Shown piece by piece: positions 13,095 to 26,236 of a stretch of 64,000 bases of DNA (within the stretch, counting starts at the first letter, position 1; every line of letters starts with the position of its first letter). Source of the DNA: Protoeuglena noctilucae. Taxonomy: Eukaryota. Location: assembly GCA_958009085.1 (NCBI GenBank), contig OY253669.1, positions 806,001 through 870,000 on the forward strand, read 5' to 3'. The position numbers and the translations under genes are program-made. A model generated the notes under the pieces. It ran no database searches and was not told where the DNA came from. It saw only the letters and a list, made by a program, of their open reading frames with translations.

Positions 13095-14253
13095 TCATGC
13101 CAGAAGGTCCTCTGTGTCGTCGTCAGAGTCGGGGTGGCGCCCCAGGCCCCGCAGGAGCCCCACGAGGCCCACGCCGCCCTCCCACGTCTTGGGCATCTCG
13201 CGGAATCGCTCGGGGAGGTTGGACCACAGGGCTTCGGCCTCAGGAGACCGCGCCTGGGGCTGCAGGGGCCGCCGGGGCTCCGCGCCCGCCCCGACCGCCT
13301 CCTGCGCGCGACGACACATCCGTGCCGTGAGCCCCGTGCGACTGCAGCCAACCAGCGCCCAAGTGCACGCCGTGCACCTCCATAACAGCAAAGCAATGTT
13401 CATGACAGCGGAGCGATGATCGTGTGCACCCACCTGGCCCGCCTCGCCACCAAACACGTTCAAGTGGTCCACGAGCTTGTGCTTGACGCCGCAACCCTCG
13501 CACTGGCACACCAGCGTCCCCCGATGGAAGGCGCGGGGGTTGACCGCACGCTGCGTGGAGACGCCACACAGGCGGCACGTGAACTGCACCCTCGATGTGC
13601 GGCGGGGGTGGCGCCGCTGTGGCCCCGCCCTCGCGCCATCAGCGCCCGGTCCCCTCGGGCGGACCTGCGGGAGTGGCATGACGGCTTCTCATCGACCATG
13701 TCGCACGCAAGGAGGGCGCCTGCACCAATGTGTTGCCCCGCCGGTGACAATCGCAGGATGCAGCGGCGCGGGGGCGGCGCACCGGGGCTGCGGGGATCGC
13801 ACTCGGCACCGGCACGATGGCAGTGCACGCCGGACCCTGGCCCTCTGCGTCGGAGTCGTCGCCGTTGCCCAGCACCTCGTACTCGACCTCCAGTGCGTCC
13901 GGAGCAGCCTCCGTCCATGGGACGATGGCCGCGCCCGGGGTGGTCGCGAGGCCCGCCACCATGCGCGGGTCTGTGATGGACTGGAGGCCCACGATTGGGG
14001 AGCCGTAAACCACCATGGCGCTGCGCTTCATCAGCCCGGAGGTCGGCGTCACGATGGGACAGCTCCGGGGCGACTCGCTCTCGAACATGACCCAGTTCGA
14101 GCCCAGGTTCTTGACGGAGCGACCGCGGGCGCGGCGGCGAGGCCCCGTGCGCCACAGCGCAGCGCGGCCCTCGGACGCATCCCCCGTCGCGCTCGGGACG
14201 AGACTTTGTGACATCTGCGTACGAATCGTGGGACCGCAACGTCCAGAGAGCAT
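13095..14253 (-). CDS. DNL-type zinc-ribbon protein (Hsp70 escort, HEP/ZR family), probably plastid-type
   Basis: PRRTSRVQFTCRLCGVSTQRAVNPRAFHRGTLVCQCEGCGVKHKLVDHLNVF is zf-DNL (two CxxC); start could be 14253 or 14214. Confidence 0.85.
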
Positions 14254-15019
14254 CAGAGAGCTCCCGGGGCCCACGCCAAGACGAGGTCAGGCGAACCAAG
14301 GCCCACGCGCAGCCGTGAGCGTCGTGCAGCCGCCGATAGAGCGCGTGTTAATGCCTCGGAAGCAGTCGCAGTCACGTCGGGCGCAACCATGCCTCTATCG
14401 GTGCAAAAAAAGCCTCAAAATCTGAACGCTGCTGTTTAGGTCCTGCGACGCGCCTGACGCAATCACAGCCTTTGCATCGAACCCCGCTGCGAGTCCTGCA
14501 TGCCCTCACCCTTCCTGTCGCCAGGAGGCTGTCAGCGGGTCGAGACAGGGCCCATAAGCTCACGTGCATGGTCCTTGTTTGCAGGGCAGTCCGCACGTTC
14601 CTGGCAAGCTCTCCACCGCCAAAGGGAGGCCTACATAAGTCGAGTTGATGCCGTGCTCGACGGCAGGAGCGGTTTGCGTGCCCAGGAACTGGTCAGACCA
14701 GTGATGCCCTAAAACGCTGGAACTGCTGGCGCGCAACGCTTGTCCTGCCACTGCCCGTGCGTTGCTTACACAAATGCGTGTTTGCAGCGCTGTTTGGAAC
14801 CTGAATTCTCCGGATCTATCCAACGATCCTCTGGTAGCCCTTGCAAACGAGGTCTCAACCATTTTGACCGGCCCCGGACCCGTCATCCCGCGCAGGCAGG
14901 TGTCTTCCTGTGATTCTGATGGCTATTTGGTCTCCCGGGATGATCTCGGGCCGCTCATCTCCACCAGGTGCGAGGAGGCACCCGACGCGGCATCGCCGAC
15001 CACCGCTGCGCCCGGTTAA

Positions 15020-15776
15020 ATGGCGTCACCGGCCCGCTACTCCGCAGAGATGACGCTCCGGGTATGTCAACACCGGACCTGCAAGTCGCAGGGCTCGCAC
15101 GAGACGTTACTGATGCTCAAGGAGCTCGCGCCTAGGTCGTTCGTCGTCGAGGCGTGCGGCTGCCTGGGCGGGTGCGGCCACGGCCCCAACATCGCAGCCA
15201 TTCCCGCTGCCGGGACGCCTCTCATTCTCCCGCACGTGGCCACGCCCGCCCGCGTGACCAAGCTCCTCCGAGAGGTCCTCCAGGTGGATGTCCATCCCGA
15301 CGCCGCCGCCGCTCTGCGATGGCGCATCCAGGGCAACAACGCCCTGCAGAGCGGCGAATACGAGGAGGCAGTGGCGCACTACAACCGCGCCGCGAGCATC
15401 GCCCGGGACGCGGGTGCCGCGTGTGGGCTGCACCTCGTCCTGGGCAACCGTGCCGTGGCCAGGCTGGCCCTCAAAGACGCGCAAGGGGCGCTGGCGGACG
15501 CCGAGGCGGCACTCGACGCGGCACCGCGGGGCTGGGCGCGTGGGTGGCTGCGCAAGGTGACGGCTGACCCGAGGGCGGCGGTCGCGTGGCATTCGTACCC
15601 AGCTGGCTCATCGATGGTCAGGTCGCTGGCCGCAGGCGGACGCGCTGCTGGAGCTCCGGCGTTTCGCCGAGGCAGCGCAAGCCCTGGAGCGGGCCGGGGA
15701 GGAAGACCCGGCCGTGGTGGGTACGGAGGAGTATGCGAGCCTCGTGGCGCGGATGGCCCAGGAAGGCGTGAGCTGA
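15020..15776 (+). CDS. Thioredoxin-like [2Fe-2S] ferredoxin domain fused to TPR repeats
   Basis: LRVCQHRTCKSQGS...CGCLGGCGHGPN gives the Cx4C...Cx3C pattern; then GNNALQSGEYEEAVAHYNRA / LGNRAVARL / ALADAEAAL / RGWLRK|ADALL TPRs; one intron after 15556. Confidence 0.82.
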
Positions 15777-15965
15777 CCTAACGAGACTCGTCTCCCCGTT
15801 TCTTTCCAAGTCTATGGCGTACACTCTCTACCCTATCTGATACCAGTCGTGCAGTGCCATTCCACCTTGCCATTCCACCTTGCTACCCCCTGTTGCCTGC
15901 GCGCCGCAGCGGACCCCGACTTCAACAAGCCCAGGCCACTCATGCCTTGCGCGGGTGCCCGCGCC

Positions 15966-18178
15966 TCACAGCTTCACATCCAACTCGTCGTTGCTGTGGC
16001 CGTCCAGGAAGCGCCGGGTGATGTGGGTGCAGCCCCACAGCCACAGCGTACGCAGCGCCCGGCACTCGTCCGTGATCCTGCGTGCAATCGCCACAGGCAG
16101 ATATGAGCTGAGTCACGATCATCAACAGCCAATCTGCAGCCCTGCTCTTCAGCCCTGATGTTCAGCCACGCTCTTCAGCTTTGTTGCCCGATAAGGCGCC
16201 ACATGCACTCACCTCCCGCACATGTCTTCACTGACGCCCCTGCACCAGCTGAGGTCCAAATCTCGGATCGTTTGGGCCAGGAAACGCTCGATGGCCGCGC
16301 ATGTCAGGCCCCCCACAAGCGCCACCGAGTGCAGGCTCAGCACTGCCAGCGGCAGCCCACAGGCCAGGAGGGTCGCCACGCCGTCGTCCGTCAGGCGCGT
16401 GCACCGCTTCAAGTTGAGGCTCTCGAGATTCTGGGAAAAGCAAACGGCACCGAGGTCCTGGTCTCTGTCACACCTCTGACCTGCCGTGGTCGTCATTGGC
16501 TGTACTGCATCCTCACCTTGCAAGACGCACCCAGCAGAGCCAGTGACGCGTCCGTGATGCTCCAGTTGTAGCTCAGATCGAGGTGCTTCAGCGCAGACAC
16601 GTGCGGAACTAGCGTGGCCAGCCCCGCATCTGTCACACGCGACTCCGGGGTCCCCACTCTGCAGCGCCACCGGTGTTGCAACAAATGAGACTCCGGTCGG
16701 GACGCCCGCCGCAGCCATCGCAGATAGGTATCGAGGACTCCCTGTCCCGCCCGCCATCCCAGGCTGCACCTCGACCCGCAGCCTCACCTGGCAATGGACA
16801 GGGCCATGAGCCCTGAGAGGCGCGGGGCGAGCACTGCGAGCGATCCGTCGTCGATGCACGGCAGCGAGTCGAGCGTGAGCCTCCTGAGCTCGGGGAGGGA
16901 CTCGAGGGCAGATGCCAGGCCATCCGCCGTGACGGCACCGCACCCCGACAGGTCCAGGGACTCCAGGTGTGGGACCGACGCGAGCTGCAAGGTGGGACAG
17001 GATGGAGTGGGTATCAGTCCCGGCATCGCGGCAGATAGTGGCTGCCCCAGCCAGGGCAGCTCCTTGCGCAGCCCCGTGCCAGCTGCAATGTGCGCCACGC
17101 ACCTGGGCCAGCGCACCGTCATCCAGGCGGGGGCATTGCGGGACGGAGAGCGAGCGCAGCTCCGGCGTCGCCCGCAGCACGTTCGCGAAACCCCCGGGGG
17201 ACAGCTTGTAGGCCCCCGCCAGCGCCACCTCCCGCACCCGCAGCTTGGACGCCGTCGCCGAGGCACCCGCCTCCCCTTCGTCCTTCGATTCGGGAGCTGT
17301 CCGGTCCCCGCTTGCGTCCCTCGGCGCGACCGGGATCCCCGCAGCGCGCAGGAAGACGTCGCCCGCAGCGTCGGTCATCCCCCGGCCGCAGAACCGCAGC
17401 GAGAGCGTGTCCAACCGCGGGGTCAGGCACAGGGCCAGGGCCGCGCTGAGGGAGTCGGCGTCGAGGGCCGCGCAGTTCCCGATCGCGAAGACGCCCGGCG
17501 CTCCGTCGGCCAGGAGCAGGGCGGCCTCCCGGGTCATGCGGCCGAGGCGGCACAACGCATCGGCCAGCGCCACCCGGTCGTCGTCCGTCGCTCCCTCCAG
17601 CGACTCTGCGCCCTCGAAGCGGCGCGCGGTGGTCTCCGCGGAGACCGGCGCAGACGCCGTCACGTGCGCGGGGGCCTTGCGGGGGCCCAGCGACACGTCC
17701 CGCTTGGGCGTCCATCCCACGTCGGCCCCGCCCTTGCTGTCCCGCTGCCGCAGCCTCTCCATCCGCAGCTCTTGCGCGGCCTTGCGCGCCTCCACGAGCT
17801 CCACGGCGGAGCTCCACGGGCCCAGCTTGCGGATGTCATTCCCCCCCGAGTGCACAGTGCCGAGCCCCCCCGGTTCGTCCTCCGCTGCCTGCGCGTCGAA
17901 GGTCGCGAAGTGTTCCGCCCGGCGTCGCGCGACCTTCGCCATCTCCTCCGCCCGACGGTGTCTCTTCCCGACCGGCTGGGACGTCGATGGGCCTGCAGGA
18001 AGGGCGCACGTGTCTACCAATGAGACGAAAACGGCGTTAGGGTGGGACTCATGCATCTCCAGTTGCTGGTGAGCTCCACGTGACTTCGAGCAAGCGCAGC
18101 AAAGACAGTCTGGGATCGCGGACGCGGGCTAGACGCACTGGCGGGCTCATCAGCCCCCTCGCCCCTGTGCTCCGCCAT
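15966..18178 (-). CDS. RAD7: Rad7/Rhp7-like LRR nucleotide-excision-repair protein
   Basis: LGPWSSAVELV and WTPKR motifs, ESLEG...LCRLGRM, LRRs, C-terminal DLDLSWCRGVSEDMCGR|ITDECRALRTLWLWGCTHITRRFLDGHSN typical of plant/fungal Rad7 homologues. Confidence 0.75.
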
Positions 18179-18517
18179 CTTGCGCGACGCGACGATCCCA
18201 GCGACACCACGATGTGGAAACCCACTGCTGCGATGAGCAGGCGCGGAGATCTTGGACCAAGATGGCGGGCGTGGCCCGCTTCAGCTCCAAACTCTGACGG
18301 GGGCATCGTTGCCAGCTTTGATGAGCTCGCTCTCAGCCTGCGGAGCTCTTCTTCCTGCCTCCAGCTTGTCATGCGACTCACATGTCTGCGGGTGTCGCGA
18401 ACAGGCCACAGCTGGGGTGTTTGCAGCCCTGGCCGCCACGCTGAGCCCGGAGGCGAAAGGCGCACCAGTTGAAAGCACGGGAGAACCTGCACGCGTGCGC
18501 AACTCTGCGAGGGCAAC

Positions 18518-20514
18518 ATGAACGAGGATGTCGTCATCGACATGGGCTCGTACACGACCAAGGCAGGGCTGTGCAAGGACTTGAGCAAGCCGGATCCATC
18601 CGAGCCGAGCGTGGTGAGGGCCGTGAGGGTGCTATCGAGAAGTTGAGGAATTGTGCTTGCAACATCATGCCGCCGCTTGGAGCCTGGCCTTGCTGGGAGG
18701 GCGGGAATGCCGTCCCCATTGTTGCTGCCGTGCCAGTGGCTTTTCTGCCCACGTCCCGCGCGATGCGTTCACAGACAGCGTCCTTTTAAAAACATCTTGT
18801 CACGCGTCACTCCTCGTTGCCCCATGCGCCCAGGTGATGCCGACGACGGTGCGTGTGATCCAAAACGCCCAGGACACGAGCGGATCGGTGTCAAAGGTGG
18901 GGCCAGCGCCTGTGTCCCGGCCGCGGATGGCTGCGATGACTGCCAGGGACGCCGTGCAAGCGGTCGCCGACCCGTGTTTCCCGCGCAGATGAGCGGCTTT
19001 GTCAACACGGTCGACCGGGCCCGCATCCAGAGCTGGGAGCAAGTGGAGGCCATCCTATATCACATCCTGGGGAATCGGTGAGCGAGGGCATGCGGTCGGG
19101 CCCCTGGCGCTGTCGTCCTGCAGTGCTGGGTTGTGGCATGGCTTGAGGGCATTGGCTCTGCACGCCTGCCGGTTGCAGGTTGGGGTGGGGGCGTGGGGCC
19201 GAGGGGAACATTCTGTGGGTCGACAGCGTGCGATCGACGAAAGAGGACCGCGAAAACATCGCGCAGGTGCGATGGGTATCAGAGGGTTGGGGAAGGGAGG
19301 GGTTTTCTCACGCTTGCTGCATCCTGAGGAGTCCATCTTCCACGCGTGAAAGCGTTGTTGTGTTGACTGCAGATCGTGTTCGAGTCGTTTAACGCCAAGG
19401 GCCTTTACATCGCGGACTCGGCCGTTCTGGCGCTCTACTCGGTGGGGAAGGTCACGGGGGTGGCCGTGGACATGGGCCATGGGGCGCTGACCGTGACGCC
19501 GGTCGAGAGCGGGCGGGTGTACTACCCTGGCCGCGAGCGCATAGGTCTCGGGGGCCAGGCGAGCGGCAGTGCGGCGGCGCGCTCGCTGCGCTCAGCCGAG
19601 GCCGACCCAAGCAGTCGCGGGGGCGCTGTGGCCCCTGCCATCCTTCCGAACTTGGCCGTGCGCGAGCCCGCAGGACTTGGATGGCGTGGTGGCGCGCCTG
19701 CTGAGCGATGCTGGAGTGGAGGTGTCCCAGCGCGGGAGGGGCGACCAGAGCACCACGCTGCGTGCCATCAAGGCCGCGTGCATGCGCGTGTGCGCGACGC
19801 CATCGGAGGTGGACAGCATGAGGGAGAGAGACGCCAAGGTGCTGCGGGCGGGGAGTGAACCTACCCAGAGCTCCCTGGTCAGCGCCCGCGGCAGCTCGTC
19901 ACTGTCGTTGCATGCGAGTCCCGAGGCGCCCGCAGAAGGAGTACAAGCTCCCCGACGGGCAGGTCGTGCAGATTCCGGAATACGTCGGGGGTCTCCTGGG
20001 CGAGGCCTTGATCCGGCCGAGCGTGGTGGGCCTCCCGGGGCCGGGCATGGCCGAGGCCATCCACACCTGCATCGCCGCGCACCCTGACTTCCACACGCGG
20101 CGCCTGCTCGCCGACGGCGTGTTCCTTTACGGGGGCGGCAGCGCGGTGGAGGGGCTCCGCGAGCGGCTCGCTGGCGCGCTGCACGAGGCCGCACACAGCA
20201 AGGTGAGCGTGCCTGCCGATGGTTGAGGCCCCCCGCGCACGCGGCGGCCGCGCGCCATGCTCTTGGCGTCCGCTGCGACGCAGACCGGGTGCGAGGTCCT
20301 CCCATGGCCCGAGTACATGCCCAAGGGCGGGCAGGCGCATGCGGCCTTCCATGGGGGCGCCATCTTGGCCAAGGCGATGGCGGCTCAGGCCACGCAGGCC
20401 AGCGACGCGGGGACCGGGAGCGCCCAGCCGCTGACGGCGGAGCGGAACCTGTGGGTCACGCGCCAGGAGTACATCGACTACGGGCCCACCATCGTGCGAG
20501 CTCGATGCTGCTGA
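18518..20514 (+). CDS. ARP7: Nuclear actin-related protein, plant ARP7-type (8 exons)
   Basis: VVIDMGSYTTKAG; SWEQVEAILYHIL..LGWGRGAEGNILWVD; FESFNAKGLYIADSAVLALYSVGKVTGVAVDMGHG; YKLPDGQ; AFHGGAILAK; WVTRQEYIDYGPTIV. Confidence 0.88.
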
Positions 20515-21274
20515 GCCGGCGGGTCTGGACGCGATGTCGATTTTGCTGCCGGTGGCCAGGCAGCGGCCGCCATCTGTGAAGAATCCCTGTGACTCTGCTT
20601 ACTGACATGGGGGTTTTCGCGGTCTTGGGGGCGACCAGGGGCGCCGTGAGAGCCACGAGCCGACAGAAAGAGTGTGCTAGCCACAGTTGCCGTCATCGAC
20701 CCCCGCCCCGCGTCAGGCCCCCGTCCGACGTCATCCGGCCCGCCGCAGGCCCCGGAGCGCTGTATACGCTCTTAAGTCACGGGCGATTGAAAGGAGGACT
20801 GCCGCGCTAGGGCGAGGACCGCGGGTGAGGCCCGGACTGGCGGCCGGCCGGCCAACCGAGCGGTCCCGCCCCCCCCGCGGCGCCGATGTCTCTGAAAAAT
20901 GCTCTTGGACCCCCGCAGGAGCCTGCCAGCGGATATCTCCGGCCAAGAGGAGTCCCCTCCCTCTGCTGGTGCGTTTTCGACTTGGCCGTGCCGAGTGCCC
21001 CAGGATGTGCCCGCGGGCCCGCCTCTCGCGCCGCCCGGGGCGGCCAGCTCCTTTGTCGCTGTGTCCTGCCACGCGTGGTCACCCGGCCGCGCCGTCTCCA
21101 GGCCCTGGCGGCCCGCGTTGGGTTTTCGCGTTTTTGTCAGTGCCGCGGGGGCCCCTGAATCACCCCGCCGCCGCCCGATTGTCGCGCGGGTCGCGCGGCG
21201 GGCGATTCATGTCGCTCCGACAAGCCTCTGCCCCGTGGACTCTCGCTGCCCCGTGATCTCCGGACCTCGCTCCC

Positions 21275-23878
21275 ATGGCCCGCAGTGTTCCGGAGATGAT
21301 GCAGCAGGCCCAGACGCAGCAGGTTCTGCAGTACCTGATGCAGGTGCCCGAGCGCTTCCGCCGCGGCTTGGTTGCCCGCGACGCTGCGCTGCACGAGCGC
21401 CGGCTCTCAGCACGTGTGTATGGTCGTGTGCGCAGATCAACCAGACGCTGCAGGCGAACCCGACGTGGCACGCCATGACACCACAGCAGAAATTCGACTA
21501 CCTCAACGGCTCGGGGTACCTGAACCTGTACCGGGTGCGTGCCAGCCCAAGGCCTCGCGGCGCCAGGCCCGCCGTCTGCGCCCCCTGTCTTTGAATTCCC
21601 ACCCCCATTCCGCCTCCGCAGGCCGCGGGCATCGCGCCGGTGGGGCTCCCGGAGTTCCACACCATGCTCGACGCGGCCGTGCATGACGCGCAGCAGGGTG
21701 CCCCACAGCGCAGGGGCGGGTACAGCGGGGACGACAGCGCCCCCAGGAAGCGCGGGCGCCCCCGGGTGCGCAGCTGGCCCGCGGCGACGTAGCGACGCGT
21801 GCCGACTCGCCGTGTCTCCTATTCCGCCCGCCGAACGCCCCGCCGCCCCGCCGCCGCAGAAGCGCCGCGACAGCAGCGAGTCGTCCGAGGATGACCGCCG
21901 CCGCAAGGGCAAGGCCAAGAGCCGGCGCCACGCGGCGGGCATGTCCGACTCCGAGGCGTCCGACGCCTCCGACTCGGACCTGTCGGACGTGGTGAGCGAC
22001 GAGGAGGGGAAGGTCAAGCGGCAGGCACGGTGGGCGTACAACTCCCTGAAGGAACCGGGGCTCTCGGGGTCGGAGGAGGACGAGGAGGGGGGCAAGAAGC
22101 GTGGCAGGGGCAAGTGAGTGGCGCGGCGGCACGGCCCTGCGCTCCAAGCCCCGCCGGTCCTCACGTCCGCGCCGCTCTGCCACCGCCACGACTGCCGGTC
22201 GCTGCCGCCGCGCAGGCGCATGGCGGGCAAGCTGCAGGACGTAGAGGAGAAGGACAACGACCCCATCTACATGCACTACCTGAAGCCGGTCACGACGGAC
22301 CTGGTGAAGGGCCCCACGTACGTTCCGGAGGATTGGGAGTGGCGGTGCCACATTTGCGGGGACGACCAGACCACGGACGACAACGTCATCCTCCTCTGCG
22401 ACGGCTGCAACGTGCCCGTGCACCAGGAGTGCTACGGGGTGCCGGTGGTCCCGGAGGGCGACTGGTTCTGCGACGGCTGCCAGGCGAGCCTCGACGCCAA
22501 GCTTGCCAACTGCGCCGTGTGCCCCCACACGGGCGGGGCCCTGCGCCGCCTCAAGGACTTCAGCCGGTGCAAGTGGCACGCACCAGACGAGATGCACCCG
22601 TCGGAGAAGGCGGCGCTGGAAGAGCAGCAGCGGAAGGAGGCGGAAGCCAAGGGGGCGGCGGGGCAGGCGGGGCAGGCGGGCACACAGGTGACGGAGTAGG
22701 AGCGTGGGTCTCAGGGGTTGAGGACGCGCCGCGGAGTGCGAAGGGTGCGCGCGGGGTGGGTCGACCCTGCGAGACGCACATGCACGCGAGAACGTGTCGT
22801 TGCTGTTGGTCCGCTGCAGTCGGAGGCTACCTCGGGGCAGGAGGCGAGCAACGCGGAGCAGCCGGCGGCGGCGCTGCCAGGCGCGGCGCTCGGAGGCCCG
22901 CAGGGCTGGCCCGCGCTGCAGGGCGCGGGCGTGCACGCCCCCGCGCTTTCGGGCGGCGACTCCGGGGCACCCAGCGCCGACTTGGCGGGCGGTGAGGCGA
23001 CGCGAGGCACCTCGAGGCAGCGCAGACACCGCGTGACCGCCGTGCCCGGGTCTGCAACCTTCTTTCCGTCCTCTCTGCCGCAGGGGAGGACAAGCGGAAG
23101 AGGTGGCGGGGCCAGAGCCGCAAGCCTGCTGCGGAGCCGGCCAAGAAGCCCGAGCGCGTGCCGAAGATTTGGGAGGAGTTCGAGCACTTGATGCCGCCCA
23201 AGGACCTGCGGCAGAAGGACCACGTCCACATGTGCTGCGCCCTGTTTGGTGCGCCGCCATTGCGCCCGCAATCTGCGTCCGATTGTGGGCCACGAGCGAC
23301 GGTTCGAAAAGGCATCTCCTTGCCCTCCGCGCAGTCACGGACATCACCTTCGGGAACCCGGACAAGATGGCGGACCTGAGCCTGGCGCAGATGACGCGGG
23401 CGCGAATGGACCTCAAGTGCGTGGTGTGTGGGCAGGCGGGCGGGGGCACCATGCAGTGCGCGGTGGGCAACTGCTACAAGGGCTTCCACGTCCTCTGCGG
23501 CCGCGCCCGCTCCTTCGTCATGGGTTTCCGGGCCACGGATGGCCACCCCTTGGCCTTCTGCCGCGAGCACTCGGGCCCGCGCTACCGCCGCGTCCGCGAC
23601 TCGATGCTCAACGGGCGCAAGCTCATGGCCGCGGAGGTGAGGGGGCGGGGCGGCACCCTCGCGCCCGTCGCCGGCAAGTCCCTCTGTGCCATGGGCGGTG
23701 TTCCCACTGCTTGAGCGTCTCGCGCGCCCCGCAGGCGGAGGAGGTGAACGACGAGGAGAAGGCCGAGGAGCCCAAGATGATCCCGGCGGCGGAGACGAAG
23801 CTGACGGAGGCCGAGGCGGAGAGGCAGGCGCAGATCCAGCGGAACAAGGCGATGATGGACCGCATGTTCGACATGTAG
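21275..23878 (+). CDS. PZP (PHD - zinc knuckle - PHD) chromatin protein, BRPF/JADE/AF10-like module
   Basis: CHICGDD..NVILLCDGCNVPVHQECYGVPVVPEGDWFCDGC; CAVCPHTGGALRR; HVHMCCAL; CVVCGQAGGGTMQCAVGNCYKGFHVLCGR...FCREH. Confidence 0.88.
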
Positions 23879-24111
23879 TGCGCTCCGCGTGGGGACGGAG
23901 GCGGGGGCCGAGTAGGCGCGATGGTTTCAGGCAGGGGAGCTTGAAACGAATCTCTGGTTCTTTCGCGCGCGCATCGCTAGGTCGGGTCGGTCTCGCTGAC
24001 CCCAGCAAGGGTCTGCCCCGCTGGCGGGCTGGAAGGGGCTGCCACGGCCGAGCTGCATCCCATTCCTCCAGCCCCTCGCCCGTCGGCACCTCGTCGCTGT
24101 CGAAGGGTCGG

Positions 24112-25495
24112 ATGGCGACTGCGTTGCGGGGCTCGCCCCTGGCGGGGCCGTCGGTGGTGAGGGCTTCGGTGGCTCGGCGGGGTGCGCTGCAAGTGACGAA
24201 CGCCATCACGAGGGAGAAGAAGGAGAAGATCGTGGAGAAGATCCGCACGCACCTGGACGGCTCGTTCGTGACGCTGGGCGTCAACTTCAAGGGGCTCACG
24301 GTGCAGGAGGTCCAGGTGACGCGGTATTTGGGCGCCGCCTGCCAATATAGCGGGGCGTTGTCCCGGCTCGGCCAGGCGACGCCCCGTCGGCCTGAGCCGA
24401 CCTCTTGCCAGCCGCACCCCGGCCCCGCGCTTGGCTCCTGCCCCGTTTCGTGGCGCCGGGTGCGTTTCGAGGTACGCGAGCGAGCCGTTCGACAGGGCGG
24501 ACGGGGCTGGGACCGCTCGCCCCTCGCGACTCCGCTGGCTCGGTGGCTGCCCTTCATCTATTCCCCCCCGCGCTGTGGGCGCACTGGCGCCGCCCCCACT
24601 GTCACCCCCTCGTTGCTGCCCTCCGACCCAACCGCTAGCCGGGCGCGCGGCCCGCGGCGCGCTTCCTGGAGCGTCTGTGAGCGCGCCGAGGGTGGCCAGG
24701 ACGGGGTTCGTCGCCGCGCTCCGGGGTCGGGCCCGCCACCCGGAGTCGGCAACGCCGTCATCCCGTTCTGTGCGTCCAGACGTTCCGGAGGAGCCTGCCC
24801 GAGGACGCCAAGTTCATGGTGGCCAAGAACACGCTCATGAGCGTGGCCGTCAAGGACGACGAGAAGTGGAAGGGCCTGGCGAACCAGGACAACGAGAACG
24901 GGTGGCTGTTTGTCGGGGAGAACATCTCGCCGACCATCAAGGCGAGCGGCGGGGAGGTGGCGCGCTAGGGACGACGCACCGCCCGCAGCGGCAGTCGCCG
25001 CGTCTGGAGGCTCGCCTGGGGCGCGCCTGCCCGCCCCGAAGGCCATGGCGGCACTCTTCGCTCCTCGCAGACGTACCTGGAGTTCAAGGAGAAGATGGAG
25101 AAGGCGGGCAAGGACATGTCGGTGCGCACGGCGGTGATGGACGGGCAGGTGCTGGACTACCAGCGGGTGGAGCGCCTCAAGGACATGCCGACGAAGAAGG
25201 AGCTGTACGCCAAGATTGCTATTGGGGTCAAGGCGGTGCCCACGAAGATCGCCCTGGGCGTCAAGGCTGTGCCGACCAAGGTGCGCTTGCGCCGGCACGG
25301 CGTGGCATGCCGGCCTTGGCGATGCCCTGCGTGTCCGTCGCGGCCCGCGCCGCCCTGGCCCTGCCGTAAGCGGTCCCCCACCGTTCCCGCACGCAGCTGG
25401 CCCGCGCCGTCCGCCTCGTCTCGGAGCTGGACGAGGACAAGACGAAGACTGTCGCTGATGTCGTTGGGAAGGGCCCCGGCAAGGCTTCCGAGTGA
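24112..25495 (+). CDS. rpl10: Plastid 50S ribosomal protein L10 with transit peptide (introns 24316-24779, 24942-25070 and a third near 25280-25396)
   Basis: AITREKKEKIVEKI..NFKGLTVQEVQ|TFRRSLPEDAKFMVAKNTLM..MPTKKELYAKIA..VPTK|LARAV; Ala/Arg/Ser-rich N-terminus. Confidence 0.93.
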
Positions 25496-26236
25496 GCGCC
25501 CCGCCACGTGCCTCTGGGCCTTGCGGGAGCCTCGCGGGACGGGCGGATGGGCGCCCATCCCGAGAGAGCCTACGCACCACCTAGGGGAGGCGTGGCCTCC
25601 AGGCTAGTGGCCGGCAGTGGCCTTTCAGCTTGTATTGGTGGGTCGGCACAATCGCACCAGTCGCACCAGTGTTCTCAGCAGTGACATTGCGCCTGTTGAA
25701 TGGGTATGCCCTCCTGCCAGTGGTGCCAGGTCGCTGAGCTGATGAGTTCGTCGGTGTTTGGGCCCAACTTCATTAAGATCTGCGTGCGTCGGTGGCCGGG
25801 ACTCGGGCTTCGCTCGCGGCAACTCAGTTTGGCGAACGATGATCGCGGCCGTGCAGCAGGTGAAGGATTCTTCCCATCCACAAGCATGCCGTCTTGCGTT
25901 TTAAGCGGATGGGATGGCCTAGCGGTCCGTGACTGTGCCGGGGGCGAGGATTCCGCGTGCACCTGCGTGCGCCGCCGCGAAGAACCGCGCGCGCTTGCCC
26001 CTGACGCTGCGCCTTTATATTGTGCGCCACTGGCACGATGGCGATGAGTTCGGAGTCCCGGGATGCGCGAGTTCTTCCCCTGGCTTGCGTTCCCTGCTCA
26101 CCGTCACCTAAGACGCCCGGGCGGGGCTCCCCAGCTCGGCTTCCCTGCGCCTGCGACAAGCTGAGTGTCTGCGTGTGTGACTGGGGTCGGGATCGCCCCT
26201 CGAATGCGGACCCGCGCCCCTCCTCGTCGTGGATAG

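Noticed and set aside
25735..25780. CTGATGAG resembling a hammerhead ribozyme core
   Set aside because: No downstream GAAA core or consistent three-stem arrangement visible.
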